From contig JAWLHY010000018.1 of assembly GCA_041690135.1 (NCBI GenBank), positions 32,001 to 96,000 of the forward strand: a stretch of 64,000 nucleotides of DNA, written 5' to 3'. Position numbers and translations under genes: made by a program. Numbering within the stretch: position 1 is the first letter of the stretch; each line of letters opens with the position of its first letter. Below, in pieces: positions 48,925 to 57,336 of this stretch. The notes beneath the pieces were generated by a model. The model worked only from the letters and a program-made list of their open reading frames with translations. It ran no database searches and was not told the DNA's origin. Source of the stretch: Armatimonadota bacterium. GTDB taxonomy: Bacteria > Armatimonadota > SYMT01.

Positions 48925-50349
48925 TTGGCGCCCTTCGTCGGAATACTGATGGCACAGCAGAACAGCAATAGGAACAGTCTCCGAATATTTCTGATCATAT
49001 ACCTGATTGGATCCTGGTTCCTATTCCAGAACATTCTGAACCGGCAGCCGGCCGGGCCGGAGCAGACGCAGTCGATTCTCGCGCAGGCGCAAGCTCTGGA
49101 CGCGGAAGGTCGCAAGGCGGATGCCAACGTGCCGGAAGCGGATCGCGTCAAGAAGCTGGAAGACGCGATCAAGAAGTACGAGCAGTTCTACGAGCAGAAT
49201 CCCAAATCGCCGGAGGGCTACCAGGCTCGCTTCAACGAGATCAACATCTACGACTACCTGGCCAATCTTCAGAAGCGCTCGGGCACTCACTGGTACGACC
49301 AGGCCGAAGCGCGCCTGAAGGATATGGAGAAGAAGTTTCACGGCGTTACCGGCTCCGTTGAGATCGAGCGCGCCGGCGAACGGACCCGGGTAGAAAACGT
49401 GGATCTTGGTGAGCTGGCGACTACGCGCCTGAACGAGCTCCGTGCCGGTCGGGACGTGGTGAACTCCGATAAGCCGACCTATAAGGTGCTGGACTTCCTG
49501 GTGAATGTCACGGGAAGGCAGGCGGGCTTCAGTTACTTCTTCGCTCTGGCGTTGGTCGTCGTGGTGCTCAAGGCGATTACCTTTCCGTTCCAGAAGAAGC
49601 AGTACAAGTACCAGCAGGACATGATGCGGGTAGCTCCGCTGATTCGCGAGATCCAGGAGAGCATGAAGGGCCGGCCGCCGGATGAAGTCAACCGGCGGGT
49701 GTTCCAGGTCTACAAGGAGAACAACGTCAACATTGCGGGCGGTTGTCTGCCGATGCTCGTACTGATGTTCGTGCTGTTCCCCGTCTTCTGGATGGTGCGG
49801 GACTACGAGTATCAGTTCACGAACGCGACGTTCCTCTGGATCGGCTCGGAGTATTCCAAGCAGGTCTGGTGGCTGGGAGATAACCTGGCGCAGTTCGACG
49901 TGCCGCTCTTCGTCATCTACCTGCTGAGCACCGTGCTCTACTCGCTGCTCCAGCCGAAGCCGGCCGACCCGCAGCAGGCCCAGCAGCAGAAGATGATGCT
50001 CATCATGATGCCTGCCATGTTCGGCGTGTTTATGTGGATGGGCCAGTGGTCGTCCGCCTTCATGCTCTACTGGCTCGTATTGAACGTGGTGAGCATGTAT
50101 CAGAGCTGGGTGCTGATGAAGCAGTTCGGCCTGATCGCCCAGGGTTCGTCCGCCACGCCCGGGGCCACGCCTCCGCTGGCGGGCGCCGGGGCGGGTGGCG
50201 GAACGGTGGTGATGCCACAGGCTGCGGAGAACCCGCTCAAGCCGATGCAGGGAGTTCATACTCCGAAGCAGAATAACGGGAACAGCGGGCAGCGGACCCC
50301 GCAGGACCCGCTGGGCCGAGCCCGGCCGAAGGGTTCGCGGCGGCGCTGA
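48925..50349 (+). CDS. yidC: Membrane protein insertase YidC
   Basis: YKENNVN..GGCLP, FLWI, LYW...N..S..Q; synteny; TPR-like periplasmic domain. Confidence 0.93.
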   Translation: MAPFVGILMAQQNSNRNSLRIFLIIYLIGSWFLFQNILNRQPAGPEQTQSILAQAQALDAEGRKADANVPEADRVKKLEDAIKKYEQFYEQNPKSPEGYQARFNEINIYDYLANLQKRSGTHWYDQAEARLKDMEKKFHGVTGSVEIERAGERTRVENVDLGELATTRLNELRAGRDVVNSDKPTYKVLDFLVNVTGRQAGFSYFFALALVVVVLKAITFPFQKKQYKYQQDMMRVAPLIREIQESMKGRPPDEVNRRVFQVYKENNVNIAGGCLPMLVLMFVLFPVFWMVRDYEYQFTNATFLWIGSEYSKQVWWLGDNLAQFDVPLFVIYLLSTVLYSLLQPKPADPQQAQQQKMMLIMMPAMFGVFMWMGQWSSAFMLYWLVLNVVSMYQSWVLMKQFGLIAQGSSATPGATPPLAGAGAGGGTVVMPQAAENPLKPMQGVHTPKQNNGNSGQRTPQDPLGRARPKGSRRR

Positions 50350-50468
50350 TCCGCAACGGCAGCCGGAGTGATGGAGATCCGGGGAGCGGCCGGCCCGAAT
50401 GGGGGTGGGCCGCTCCCCCATTTGCGTTGTTCCGCGCGGCGGCGTCCTGCGCCTGGCGGGACGGATGG

Positions 50469-50966
50469 ATGGAAAAGATGGATGTAGAAGAGACGAATGT
50501 CGAAACCCCGGATCAGGGGCAGGTGGCCCAGGAGTTTTTGCGGGAAGTCCTGGCCTCAATGCATTTTTCCGCCGACGTCGAAGTAGCGACCCACGAAGAC
50601 GGCTCCTGCTGGCTGGAGATCGTGGGGGAAGACGCAGGTCGGACCATTGGACGGCACGGCAGCACCCTCAATGCCCTCCAGTACCTCACCGGGCTCGTGA
50701 CCCAGAAGGAGACGGGAGAGTACTTCCGTCTTACGGTCGACGCGGAAGGTTACCGGGAACGTCGGCAGGCGGCGTTGGTGGAGCAGGCGCGGGAACTCGC
50801 CGCCGCGGTGAAAGAGGCGAACCAGGAAGCGGAGCTCGACCCGCTCCCCGCCTACGAACGGCGGATCATCCATAACGCCCTCATGGATCACCCGGACGTG
50901 GTGACCTACAGCGAGGGCGAGGGCGACGACCGGCGCGTGATCATTGCGCCGCGCCCGAGGAAATAA
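50469..50966 (+). CDS. jag: Jag/KhpB RNA-binding protein (KH + R3H, no Jag_N domain)
   Basis: IGRHGSTLNALQYL, DAEGYRERR, ERRIIH, TYSEGEG..RRVII. Confidence 0.93.
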   Translation: MEKMDVEETNVETPDQGQVAQEFLREVLASMHFSADVEVATHEDGSCWLEIVGEDAGRTIGRHGSTLNALQYLTGLVTQKETGEYFRLTVDAEGYRERRQAALVEQARELAAAVKEANQEAELDPLPAYERRIIHNALMDHPDVVTYSEGEGDDRRVIIAPRPRK

Positions 50967-50979
50967 GAACAACGATGCC

Positions 50980-51007
50980 AAAAAGCGGGCTGCCTCAGCC
51001 CGCTTTT
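50980..51007. terminator. Bidirectional terminator between convergent genes
   Basis: aaaaagcgggctg-cct-cagcccgctttt. Confidence 0.85.
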
Positions 51008-51025
51008 CCCCTCAAGCCCCCAGCG

Positions 51026-51733
51026 TTAGGGCTTCCAGAACTGCCACCAGGGTCGCTTCTGCGCCGCCGTCACCAGCTCATCGATCAGGCGTTCCTGCTT
51101 TCCGGCGTGGTCCTTGAGTTGGTCGATATCCTGCCGGAGCCCTTCCATTTCTCGTAGTCGCTCCTGCGCGCGCTCCAACTCCTGGCGTAAAGTCTCGGCC
51201 TCTCGTGCCTGACGCTCCTTCTCCAACTGGCTCTCGTGCAACGCGCCGCGCATCGATTCGAGCTGCTGATCACGGGCGGCCCGGTCTTGCTGGAGCGATT
51301 CCGCGGTCTCCGCCAGGGATTTCACCCGCTCCAGTTCGCTTTGCAGGTAGCCGAGACGGAACATGGCCTGCTCGTGCCGTTGGTAGAGCTCGGCCAGCGC
51401 CGACAGGGTGGAGTGTGCCAGCGCCTGTGCCCCTTCGCCGCTGGACTCTTCCACCGGAACGGCGGTCTGGATCCGCGCGCCGTTCTCTCCTTCGGGTGTG
51501 AACTCGGCATCGAGCACAGCCTCTGCCGGAACATCTTCGCCCAGTGGGCCCTGCGCGGCGAGCAGGCCGGCGGCCACCAGTGCGCCGTGGGCGATCCGGT
51601 ACTCGTCACCGAACTTCCCGGGTTGGATGGTGGCATCGAGCTGGCCCAACCGGATTCGCTGCCGAATCGTGTTGCGGTGCAGACCCGTTAGCGCGGCTGC
51701 TTCGTTAATGGTGTAGGTGGGCTGCTGTGGCAT
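51026..51733 (-). CDS. MerR/excisionase-like HTH protein with a long coiled coil and a C-terminal KRPWWQFWKP tail
   Basis: YTINEAAALTGLHRNTIRQRIRLGQL, about 100-aa E/Q/R/L coiled coil, aromatic/basic terminus. Confidence 0.82.
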   Translation of the reverse strand: MPQQPTYTINEAAALTGLHRNTIRQRIRLGQLDATIQPGKFGDEYRIAHGALVAAGLLAAQGPLGEDVPAEAVLDAEFTPEGENGARIQTAVPVEESSGEGAQALAHSTLSALAELYQRHEQAMFRLGYLQSELERVKSLAETAESLQQDRAARDQQLESMRGALHESQLEKERQAREAETLRQELERAQERLREMEGLRQDIDQLKDHAGKQERLIDELVTAAQKRPWWQFWKP

Positions 51734-51967
51734 GGGGGCGGTAGATTCCTAGCGTTCTCATCGTAGCAAACGCTAGGACCTCTCGTCAAAAGGAGTGCGT
51801 GCGTAAAGGCATGGCGAACCGCGAGGAGGCGTGGGCTGGGGAGTCATGGTATTCTTGTGTTACCGTGGCTACGTGCGTCCTGGAAATGGGACGAAAGAGG
51901 CTGGACCCTCCCCGGTTGAGTCCCCATGGAGCCGCGGTAGAATGCGTGAAGGATCAGGAGGTTGGGA

Positions 51968-52714
51968 TTGAAACTGGCGTGTTCGACGGCCGCGTTTCCG
52001 GCTGACCGGCTCGATATCGCCATAGCGAAGGTAGCCTGGGCCGGATACGGAGGCTTCGAGCTGTGGCTCGAAGCGGAGCCCTATCCCTCGGAAGAGGCCC
52101 TCCAGCGGCGGCTGCGCCACGAAGAGTTGGAACTGATGGCCGTCCGCGTGAGTTCCCTTCCCACCGGAAGTGCCGCACAGGTCGTGGATGCGCTCGCCCC
52201 GATCGGCCGGGCGGCCGCCCTCGCCCGTGCCCTGGATTGCGGAATCCTGGTTACCTCTGCTCCGGCCGAGGGGAATCTGGGGGATCTCCGAGAGGTATTG
52301 CGTCTGCTGGATAGGGCGCTGGGCTCGCTGGCCGTGGATGTGTGCCTGGTGAACTCCCCCGGCACGCTGCTGGCGCTGCCGGGTGACTTCCAATCTCTCT
52401 GGGCAGACGGCGTGCCGAGCCGATACGGGGTCGCCCTGGATCCCGCAAGGGCGCTGCAGGCCGGTTGGGATCCGACCGGTCTATCGGAATTGCCGGACGT
52501 TCCGCGGTATGTCTACTTGAACGGCCTGGCTGGAGGACGGATAACTCCCCCCGGCCAGGGGGAGCCGGATCCCGAATTGTTGCTCGAGGCCCTCCGCGCG
52601 GCGGGATTCGCGGGAACACTGACGGTCGATCTGGAAGGTGCGGATGCCTGGGCTGTGGAGCCGATTGCCAAGGAAACCCGCGAAGCATTGCAGACGTGGG
52701 TAAGGCAGGGCTGA
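51968..52714 (+). CDS. Xylose-isomerase-like TIM barrel protein with degenerate metal ligands
   Basis: MKLACST..GY.GFEL, ALDP, PG.GE.D..L..L...GF.G.LTV; RBS AGGAGG. Confidence 0.72.
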   Translation: MKLACSTAAFPADRLDIAIAKVAWAGYGGFELWLEAEPYPSEEALQRRLRHEELELMAVRVSSLPTGSAAQVVDALAPIGRAAALARALDCGILVTSAPAEGNLGDLREVLRLLDRALGSLAVDVCLVNSPGTLLALPGDFQSLWADGVPSRYGVALDPARALQAGWDPTGLSELPDVPRYVYLNGLAGGRITPPGQGEPDPELLLEALRAAGFAGTLTVDLEGADAWAVEPIAKETREALQTWVRQG

Positions 52715-52796
52715 GATTCGAGTTCACTCGTCACGCCGAATGTAGCGGATGCGACGAGGACGCGCGCGGCCCCGTGTCGCGCTAGGGAGATGTAGA

Positions 52797-54035
52797 ATGG
52801 CCCGTTGGGAACATCCGTTACAACTCTTCGCCCTGGAACACCCGGACGATTGGGAGCCGCAGTACCAGGCGGAAACCGGGGGAGTGCTGTTCACCCTCGG
52901 CGGCGGAGCGGAGATGAGTGCACTCAGTCTCAACCCCGTCGCGCTCACGCGCGCCCAGTTCGTTCCTCGGGACCACCTGTTGCTCGCTGCAGATCGGGTT
53001 GGCGTTACACTGGACCCGGATACGATCCGGGCCGAGGCAGGCGACACCCCGATCTGTGCCTATGGCGAGGGGGTGCGGAAGGAGCCTTTTGAGACGCCGT
53101 TCCGCTTCTGGGTGATCCGCCACGACGGGTTAGCGCTCTTCGCCACCCACCTGGGTCCGGGGGCCGGCCTGAAAGCGCCCCGCCGTAGTGTGGACGAATC
53201 GCTGGAGGGCATCGATTTTCCCGAGATCCTCCCCCCCACCCCCGAGGAGTTCCGCGACCGCGTCCTGGAGATCCTGGCGCGCGAGTATCCCCAGGTGATC
53301 GGCACGCCGAGTGGCGAGTGGGGTGTCGACCTCCGCAGCGTGGAAGGAGCAGTACTCTCCTCCTTGGGGCTGGAGAATCTCTACCGGGTCTGCCTCCTTA
53401 GTTCGGAAGTCACCGGCGCGTTGATCCGCGAGCATCTGGACCAGGTGCTGACGCTCCCCGAGGGAGGGGCGCCGCAGTCGCAGCCCCTCGACGACGTGGC
53501 GGAACGTCTGCTGCCGATGCTCAAGTCGGACCAGTGGGTGCAGGAAGTGGGGCAGCAGCTCGAACTGGCCCGCGTCGATTTCGCGCCCGGCCTGGTGCTC
53601 TGCTTTGCCGTCGACGAGCCGAAGCGGCTGGCCTATGTCACTCAGGAGATGCTGGCGGAGTGGGACATGCCGATGGAGCGTCTGCAGCAGATCGCGCAGG
53701 ACAACCTTGCCCGCAAGAGCATCGATCTCCCGCTCACGGTACTGGACGGGGAAGACGACCGGCCGCTGGCGGTCATCATCAACACGCAGGACGGTTACGA
53801 CGCCGCGCGCCTGGCGATTCCCTCGATCCGCGAGAACCTGGCGGAGCAATTAGGGGATGAATACCTGGTGGGGCTGCCGAACCGCGACTTCCTGATTGCC
53901 TTCACCAACCGGGATCCGGAGATGCAGACCCGGATCATCCGGCAGGTAAGGCATGACTATCAGCGGATGCATCACCCGTTAAGCGAGACGATCTACCGCG
54001 TCCGATTCGACTCGGTGGAGCCGACCGAGCTCTAG
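52797..54035 (+). CDS. DUF1444 (YtpQ-like) domain protein with an extra N-terminal domain
   Basis: LLPMLK, AVD.P..YVT..L.EW, A..NL, DGYDAARL, VGLPNRDFL. Confidence 0.72.
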   Translation: MARWEHPLQLFALEHPDDWEPQYQAETGGVLFTLGGGAEMSALSLNPVALTRAQFVPRDHLLLAADRVGVTLDPDTIRAEAGDTPICAYGEGVRKEPFETPFRFWVIRHDGLALFATHLGPGAGLKAPRRSVDESLEGIDFPEILPPTPEEFRDRVLEILAREYPQVIGTPSGEWGVDLRSVEGAVLSSLGLENLYRVCLLSSEVTGALIREHLDQVLTLPEGGAPQSQPLDDVAERLLPMLKSDQWVQEVGQQLELARVDFAPGLVLCFAVDEPKRLAYVTQEMLAEWDMPMERLQQIAQDNLARKSIDLPLTVLDGEDDRPLAVIINTQDGYDAARLAIPSIRENLAEQLGDEYLVGLPNRDFLIAFTNRDPEMQTRIIRQVRHDYQRMHHPLSETIYRVRFDSVEPTEL

Positions 54036-54712
54036 TGTCTGTCGAAGCCGCCACGGGTCGCGTCGTGCTGTTTTGTAAAGCTCCCGCCGCGGGAAGGGTT
54101 AAGACGCGCCTTTGTCCCCCACTCCGCCCCGAACAGGCCGCGTCTCTTGCCGAGGCCTTCTTGCTCGACGAACTGGAGATCCTGCTGGCTGCTCCGGCTT
54201 GGTCGGTGGAAGTAGCGTATGCTCCGGAGGACGCGGCTGGCTGGTTCCGGAGCCGGGTCCCTGCGAACACCGAGCTCTGGCCGCAGTCGGGAGACGATCT
54301 TGGCCAGAGACTCTCCAGAGCGTTGGCCGGGTGCGAGCCGGAGCGCCCCATGGTGATTCTGGGGGCTGACAGCCCCGATCTTCCCATCGAGTGCGTGCGG
54401 GAGGCCTTCCGGGTACTGCATGCCGGCGCCCATGGCGTGCTGGGACCGACTCCCGACGGGGGCTACTACCTCATCGGTTTGCGCCGGCCCCATCCGGAAC
54501 TCTTTCGGAACATTCCGTGGAGTACGGATCGGGTGCTTCGGGAGACAATGGACCGCGCCCATGAAGCTGGGGTGCGACTTCACGTGCTGGAGCCCTGGTC
54601 GGATGTCGATCGGATCGACGATTTGCGACAACTGCGGCGACGCCTGGCGACCGTGCCGCTGGAAGTCGCTCCCCGCACGCGAGCCTGTATGGCTGTACTG
54701 GGAGAATTCTGA
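54035..54712 (+). CDS. DUF2064/TIGR04282-type glycosyltransferase-like protein
   Basis: FCKAP..GRVKTRL, Q.G.DLG.RL, GADSPDL, LGPT.DGGYYLIGL, IPWST, DVD..DDL. Confidence 0.9.
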   Translation: MSVEAATGRVVLFCKAPAAGRVKTRLCPPLRPEQAASLAEAFLLDELEILLAAPAWSVEVAYAPEDAAGWFRSRVPANTELWPQSGDDLGQRLSRALAGCEPERPMVILGADSPDLPIECVREAFRVLHAGAHGVLGPTPDGGYYLIGLRRPHPELFRNIPWSTDRVLRETMDRAHEAGVRLHVLEPWSDVDRIDDLRQLRRRLATVPLEVAPRTRACMAVLGEF

Positions 54713-54724
54713 AGAGGCGAGGGA

Positions 54725-55417
54725 ATGATGTCGTGCCGGCGCTTCCCGATTAGGCTGGGCTTCATACTCGCTGTCTGGGCTTGGATCTGCTTCCCCCGGC
54801 TGGAAGCCTCCGCGACCGCTTCCCCACTCATTCTTGATGATGTGCGCCGGTATGAGCCCACGATCCGAGTGAAGCTGAAGTACAACTCGCCGGATAATGC
54901 CTTCAAACGCCGGTTCTACCGAAACGAAACGGCCGTGCTCCGCCCCGCCGTGGCCCGGCGCCTGGCCCGAGCGCAGGGGATTCTCCGCAAACAGGGCTTC
55001 GGTTTGCTGGTGTGGGACGCCTATCGCGCCCCCAGCGTGCAGTACGCCCTGTACCGGGCGAAACCCGGCTCCCGCTATCTATCCAATCCGCGAAAGGGAA
55101 GCAAGCACAGCCGGGCGGCTGCCGTGGACGTCACGCTGGTGGGGCCCGACGGTCGCCCGGCCACGATGCCCACGCCGCACGATGAGTTTAGCCCCCGGGC
55201 CCGGCCGGGCGCCGTCCGCGGCGTATCGCAGGCCGCACGCCGGAACTCCAGGATTCTGGCGCAGGCCATGCGGAGCGCCGGGTTCATCCAGAACGCCTAC
55301 GAGTGGTGGCATTTCAGCGACCCCAATGCCAACCGCTACTCGCTCATCTTCCTGCCACCCCAGCGAGTGCTGATACGCGGGCCGCAGGTGCGGGAGCAGA
55401 CGGCTTCTCGCCTGTAA
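54725..55417 (+). CDS. M15D D-Ala-D-Ala dipeptidase (VanX/DdpX-like) with a signal peptide
   Basis: WDAYR, SKHSRAAAVD (SxHxxxxAxD), EWWHF. Confidence 0.9.
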   Translation: MMSCRRFPIRLGFILAVWAWICFPRLEASATASPLILDDVRRYEPTIRVKLKYNSPDNAFKRRFYRNETAVLRPAVARRLARAQGILRKQGFGLLVWDAYRAPSVQYALYRAKPGSRYLSNPRKGSKHSRAAAVDVTLVGPDGRPATMPTPHDEFSPRARPGAVRGVSQAARRNSRILAQAMRSAGFIQNAYEWWHFSDPNANRYSLIFLPPQRVLIRGPQVREQTASRL

Positions 55418-55535
55418 TCGGCGGTCCCGCACCTGCCCCGAGGTCTCCGCATGCATGAGGTGCGCCGCGAATCTGCTCGGCAGATCTCTGCCGCCGGGCC
55501 GGTAGCCGTGCGAGAATAACGGTGAGGTAACGCGC

Positions 55536-55919
55536 GTGGCGGCATTTGAGAAACATTTCACCCTGGAAGAAGCGACCGCTCTGCTGCCGGAAATTCGCAA
55601 GATCCTGGAGCGGCTGCAGGAGGCCCGGGGCAAGCTGGTCGTCGATTGGGAAACGGCGGCGCCGGTCCTCCGCGCGGCGCACCAGAATGGCGGCGGTAAA
55701 GAAGCGCACCCGTATCTCCAGGACCTGCAGGGGTTGAACGACCGCCTGCGGCGGCTGGCAGAGCTGGGTGTGGAGCTGAAGGACCTGGACAAGGGTCTGG
55801 TGGATTTTCCCAGTTGGCGCGGCGACCGGGAAGTCTTCCTCTGCTGGCACCTGGGCGAGGAGACCATCGCCTTCTGGCATGACCTGGACTCCGGCTTTGC
55901 GGGTCGCCAGCCCCTCTAA
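55536..55919 (+). CDS. DUF2203 family protein
   Basis: FTLEEA..LLP, GV.LKDLD.GLVDFP, LCW.LGE..I.FWH...GFAGRQP. Confidence 0.92.
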   Translation: MAAFEKHFTLEEATALLPEIRKILERLQEARGKLVVDWETAAPVLRAAHQNGGGKEAHPYLQDLQGLNDRLRRLAELGVELKDLDKGLVDFPSWRGDREVFLCWHLGEETIAFWHDLDSGFAGRQPL

Positions 55920-55946
55920 CCGCCAAGTTTAGAAAAGGAGCACCCC

Positions 55947-56273
55947 ATGAGTTTCGTCAACGTCCGGGAGCGGATTGCCTTCCGGGCGGACAAGATGAAC
56001 AAGATCAACCTCTTCGACGAGGCGCAGATGTTCATGGACGTCTACTGCCTCGAGCCGGGGCAGGCACAGAAGCCGCACGCCCACGCCGGGGCCGCCAAGA
56101 CCTACTTCGTGCTGGAGGGCGAAGGGGTCTTTCAGGTAGGCGAAGAAGAACGGAAGCTGGGCGCCGGGCATGCGATCCTGGCTCCCGCCGGTATCGACCA
56201 TGGGGTCCGCAACGAGGGACCGGAGCGGCTCGTCGTGCTGGTCTCGATGGCGCCCAACCCCAACTACGCGTAG
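55947..56273 (+). CDS. Cupin domain protein
   Basis: EPGQ....HAH..FVLEGEG..PAG..HGVRN; RBS AAGGAG. Confidence 0.9.
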   Translation: MSFVNVRERIAFRADKMNKINLFDEAQMFMDVYCLEPGQAQKPHAHAGAAKTYFVLEGEGVFQVGEEERKLGAGHAILAPAGIDHGVRNEGPERLVVLVSMAPNPNYA

Positions 56274-56279
56274 AAGAAG

Positions 56280-56624
56280 ATGATTACGTTCTATTGCAAG
56301 TCCACCTGAACCACCTGTCGCAAGGCCAGGAGTTTCCTGCAAGCCCATTCCGTCCCCTTTGAAGAGCGGGACATGTCGAAGCGACCGCTTACCGAAGCGG
56401 AGGTCCGCTCCCTGATCGGGGATCGGGAGCATACGCCGTTCCTCAATTCCCGCAACGAGCTGTACCGCGAGCGGGGAATGAAGGCGAACCCGCCCGACCG
56501 CGAGGAGGCGATCCGCCTCATGGCCCAGAACCCGAATCTGATCCGGCGCCCCCTCATCGTCGATGGAGACACCTATCTCTTTGGGTTCGACGAGGAGGCC
56601 TATCGCGCCTTGACGTCCGAGTAG
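56280..56624 (+). CDS. ArsC/Spx/MgsR-family thioredoxin-fold protein, probable selenoprotein (UxxC, TGA at 56307-56309), 114 aa
   Basis: ATG at 56280 reads MITFYCKST-TGA-TTCRKARSFL in frame into track ORF 56373-56624 (NPNLIRRP, GFDE). The family motif is CxTCRKA. SECIS-like hairpin follows. Confidence 0.92.
56310..56345 (+). promoter_or_regulatory. Putative bacterial SECIS element
   Basis: ggc/gcc, caa bulge, cagga/tcctg stem, apical loop GUU (56332-56334) beginning 22 nt after the UGA. Confidence 0.68.
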
Positions 56625-56636
56625 AAGGTCCAAGCC

Positions 56637-57197
56637 ATGGCCGAGCCAGCCGTTGTTCCGCGCCCCATGACGTTTGAAGACGCCGCTCAACTCGATCCCG
56701 ATCAGGATCGGGGCGAAATCGTGAACGGAGAGTGGATACCCGTGAGCAACAATACCTGGCGTCACGGAGAGATACTTTTCGCGCTGTGCGGGATCATCCA
56801 GCGCTACCTGTTGACCCATCCGGGTTGGAGCGTTTCCGTTGGAGATCCCGGAACTAAGCTTTCCACCGAGCCCGCCACCCTGAGAGGACCGGACATCGGC
56901 ATGGTCCGCGAGGAACGCCGCCCCACCGGCACCGGAGTGGACGGCTGGTTGGAGGGCGCGCCTACGCTTGCCGTGGAGGTTGTCGGTGACAGGCAGTCCG
57001 TGGCCGGGGTGATCAACAAGTCGCTGGAGTATCTCGCCGCGGGAGCCCTGGTAGTGTGGGTGATCGATCCCGCGTCATCGAAGGTCCTGGTGCTGACTCC
57101 GCCAAACTGCATTCAGGTAATAGGTGCGGAAGATACCCTGGAAGGTGGCGATGTGCTACCTGACTTCGCGTGTAAGGTTGCGGAGATCCTAAAGTGA
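56637..57197 (+). CDS. Uma2/DUF820 family endonuclease-like protein
   Basis: EIVNG, H, R.PD, GAP.LAVEV, K..EYL.AG...VWVIDP, LEGGDVLP.F. Confidence 0.92.
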   Translation: MAEPAVVPRPMTFEDAAQLDPDQDRGEIVNGEWIPVSNNTWRHGEILFALCGIIQRYLLTHPGWSVSVGDPGTKLSTEPATLRGPDIGMVREERRPTGTGVDGWLEGAPTLAVEVVGDRQSVAGVINKSLEYLAAGALVVWVIDPASSKVLVLTPPNCIQVIGAEDTLEGGDVLPDFACKVAEILK

Positions 57198-57238
57198 TCG
57201 GTGACTGAGGCGATTGAAATCGACTCAGGTCTGGAAGA

Positions 57239-57280
57239 AACAAGCAGGTTCCCCGAGAGGGGGCCTGCTTGTTGGCTTTT
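57239..57280 (+). terminator. Rho-independent terminator
   Basis: aacaagcagg-ttcccc-gaga-ggggg-cctgcttgtt followed by ggctttt. Confidence 0.7.
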
Positions 57281-57336
57281 ATGGCCAGGGGCGACAACCC
57301 GCGAAAAGCTGGGAAGAATAGACTCAGGTAGGATTT

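Noticed and set aside
54725-55417. vanX as part of a glycopeptide-resistance cluster
   Set aside because: No vanH, vanA or vanRS nearby, and the protein has a signal peptide; more likely peptidoglycan turnover
20115-56624. Genome-wide TGA reassignment (code 4/25) or simple pseudogenes as the explanation for the in-frame TGAs
   Set aside because: TGA ends many intact genes here and Trp is encoded by TGG. Both TGAs fall on redox Cys positions with downstream hairpins and intact frames.
51026-57197. Excisionase-like HTH and Uma2 nuclease as signs of a mobile element or defence island
   Set aside because: No integrase, transposase, att repeats or obvious compositional shift; Uma2 paralogs are commonly scattered on chromosomes
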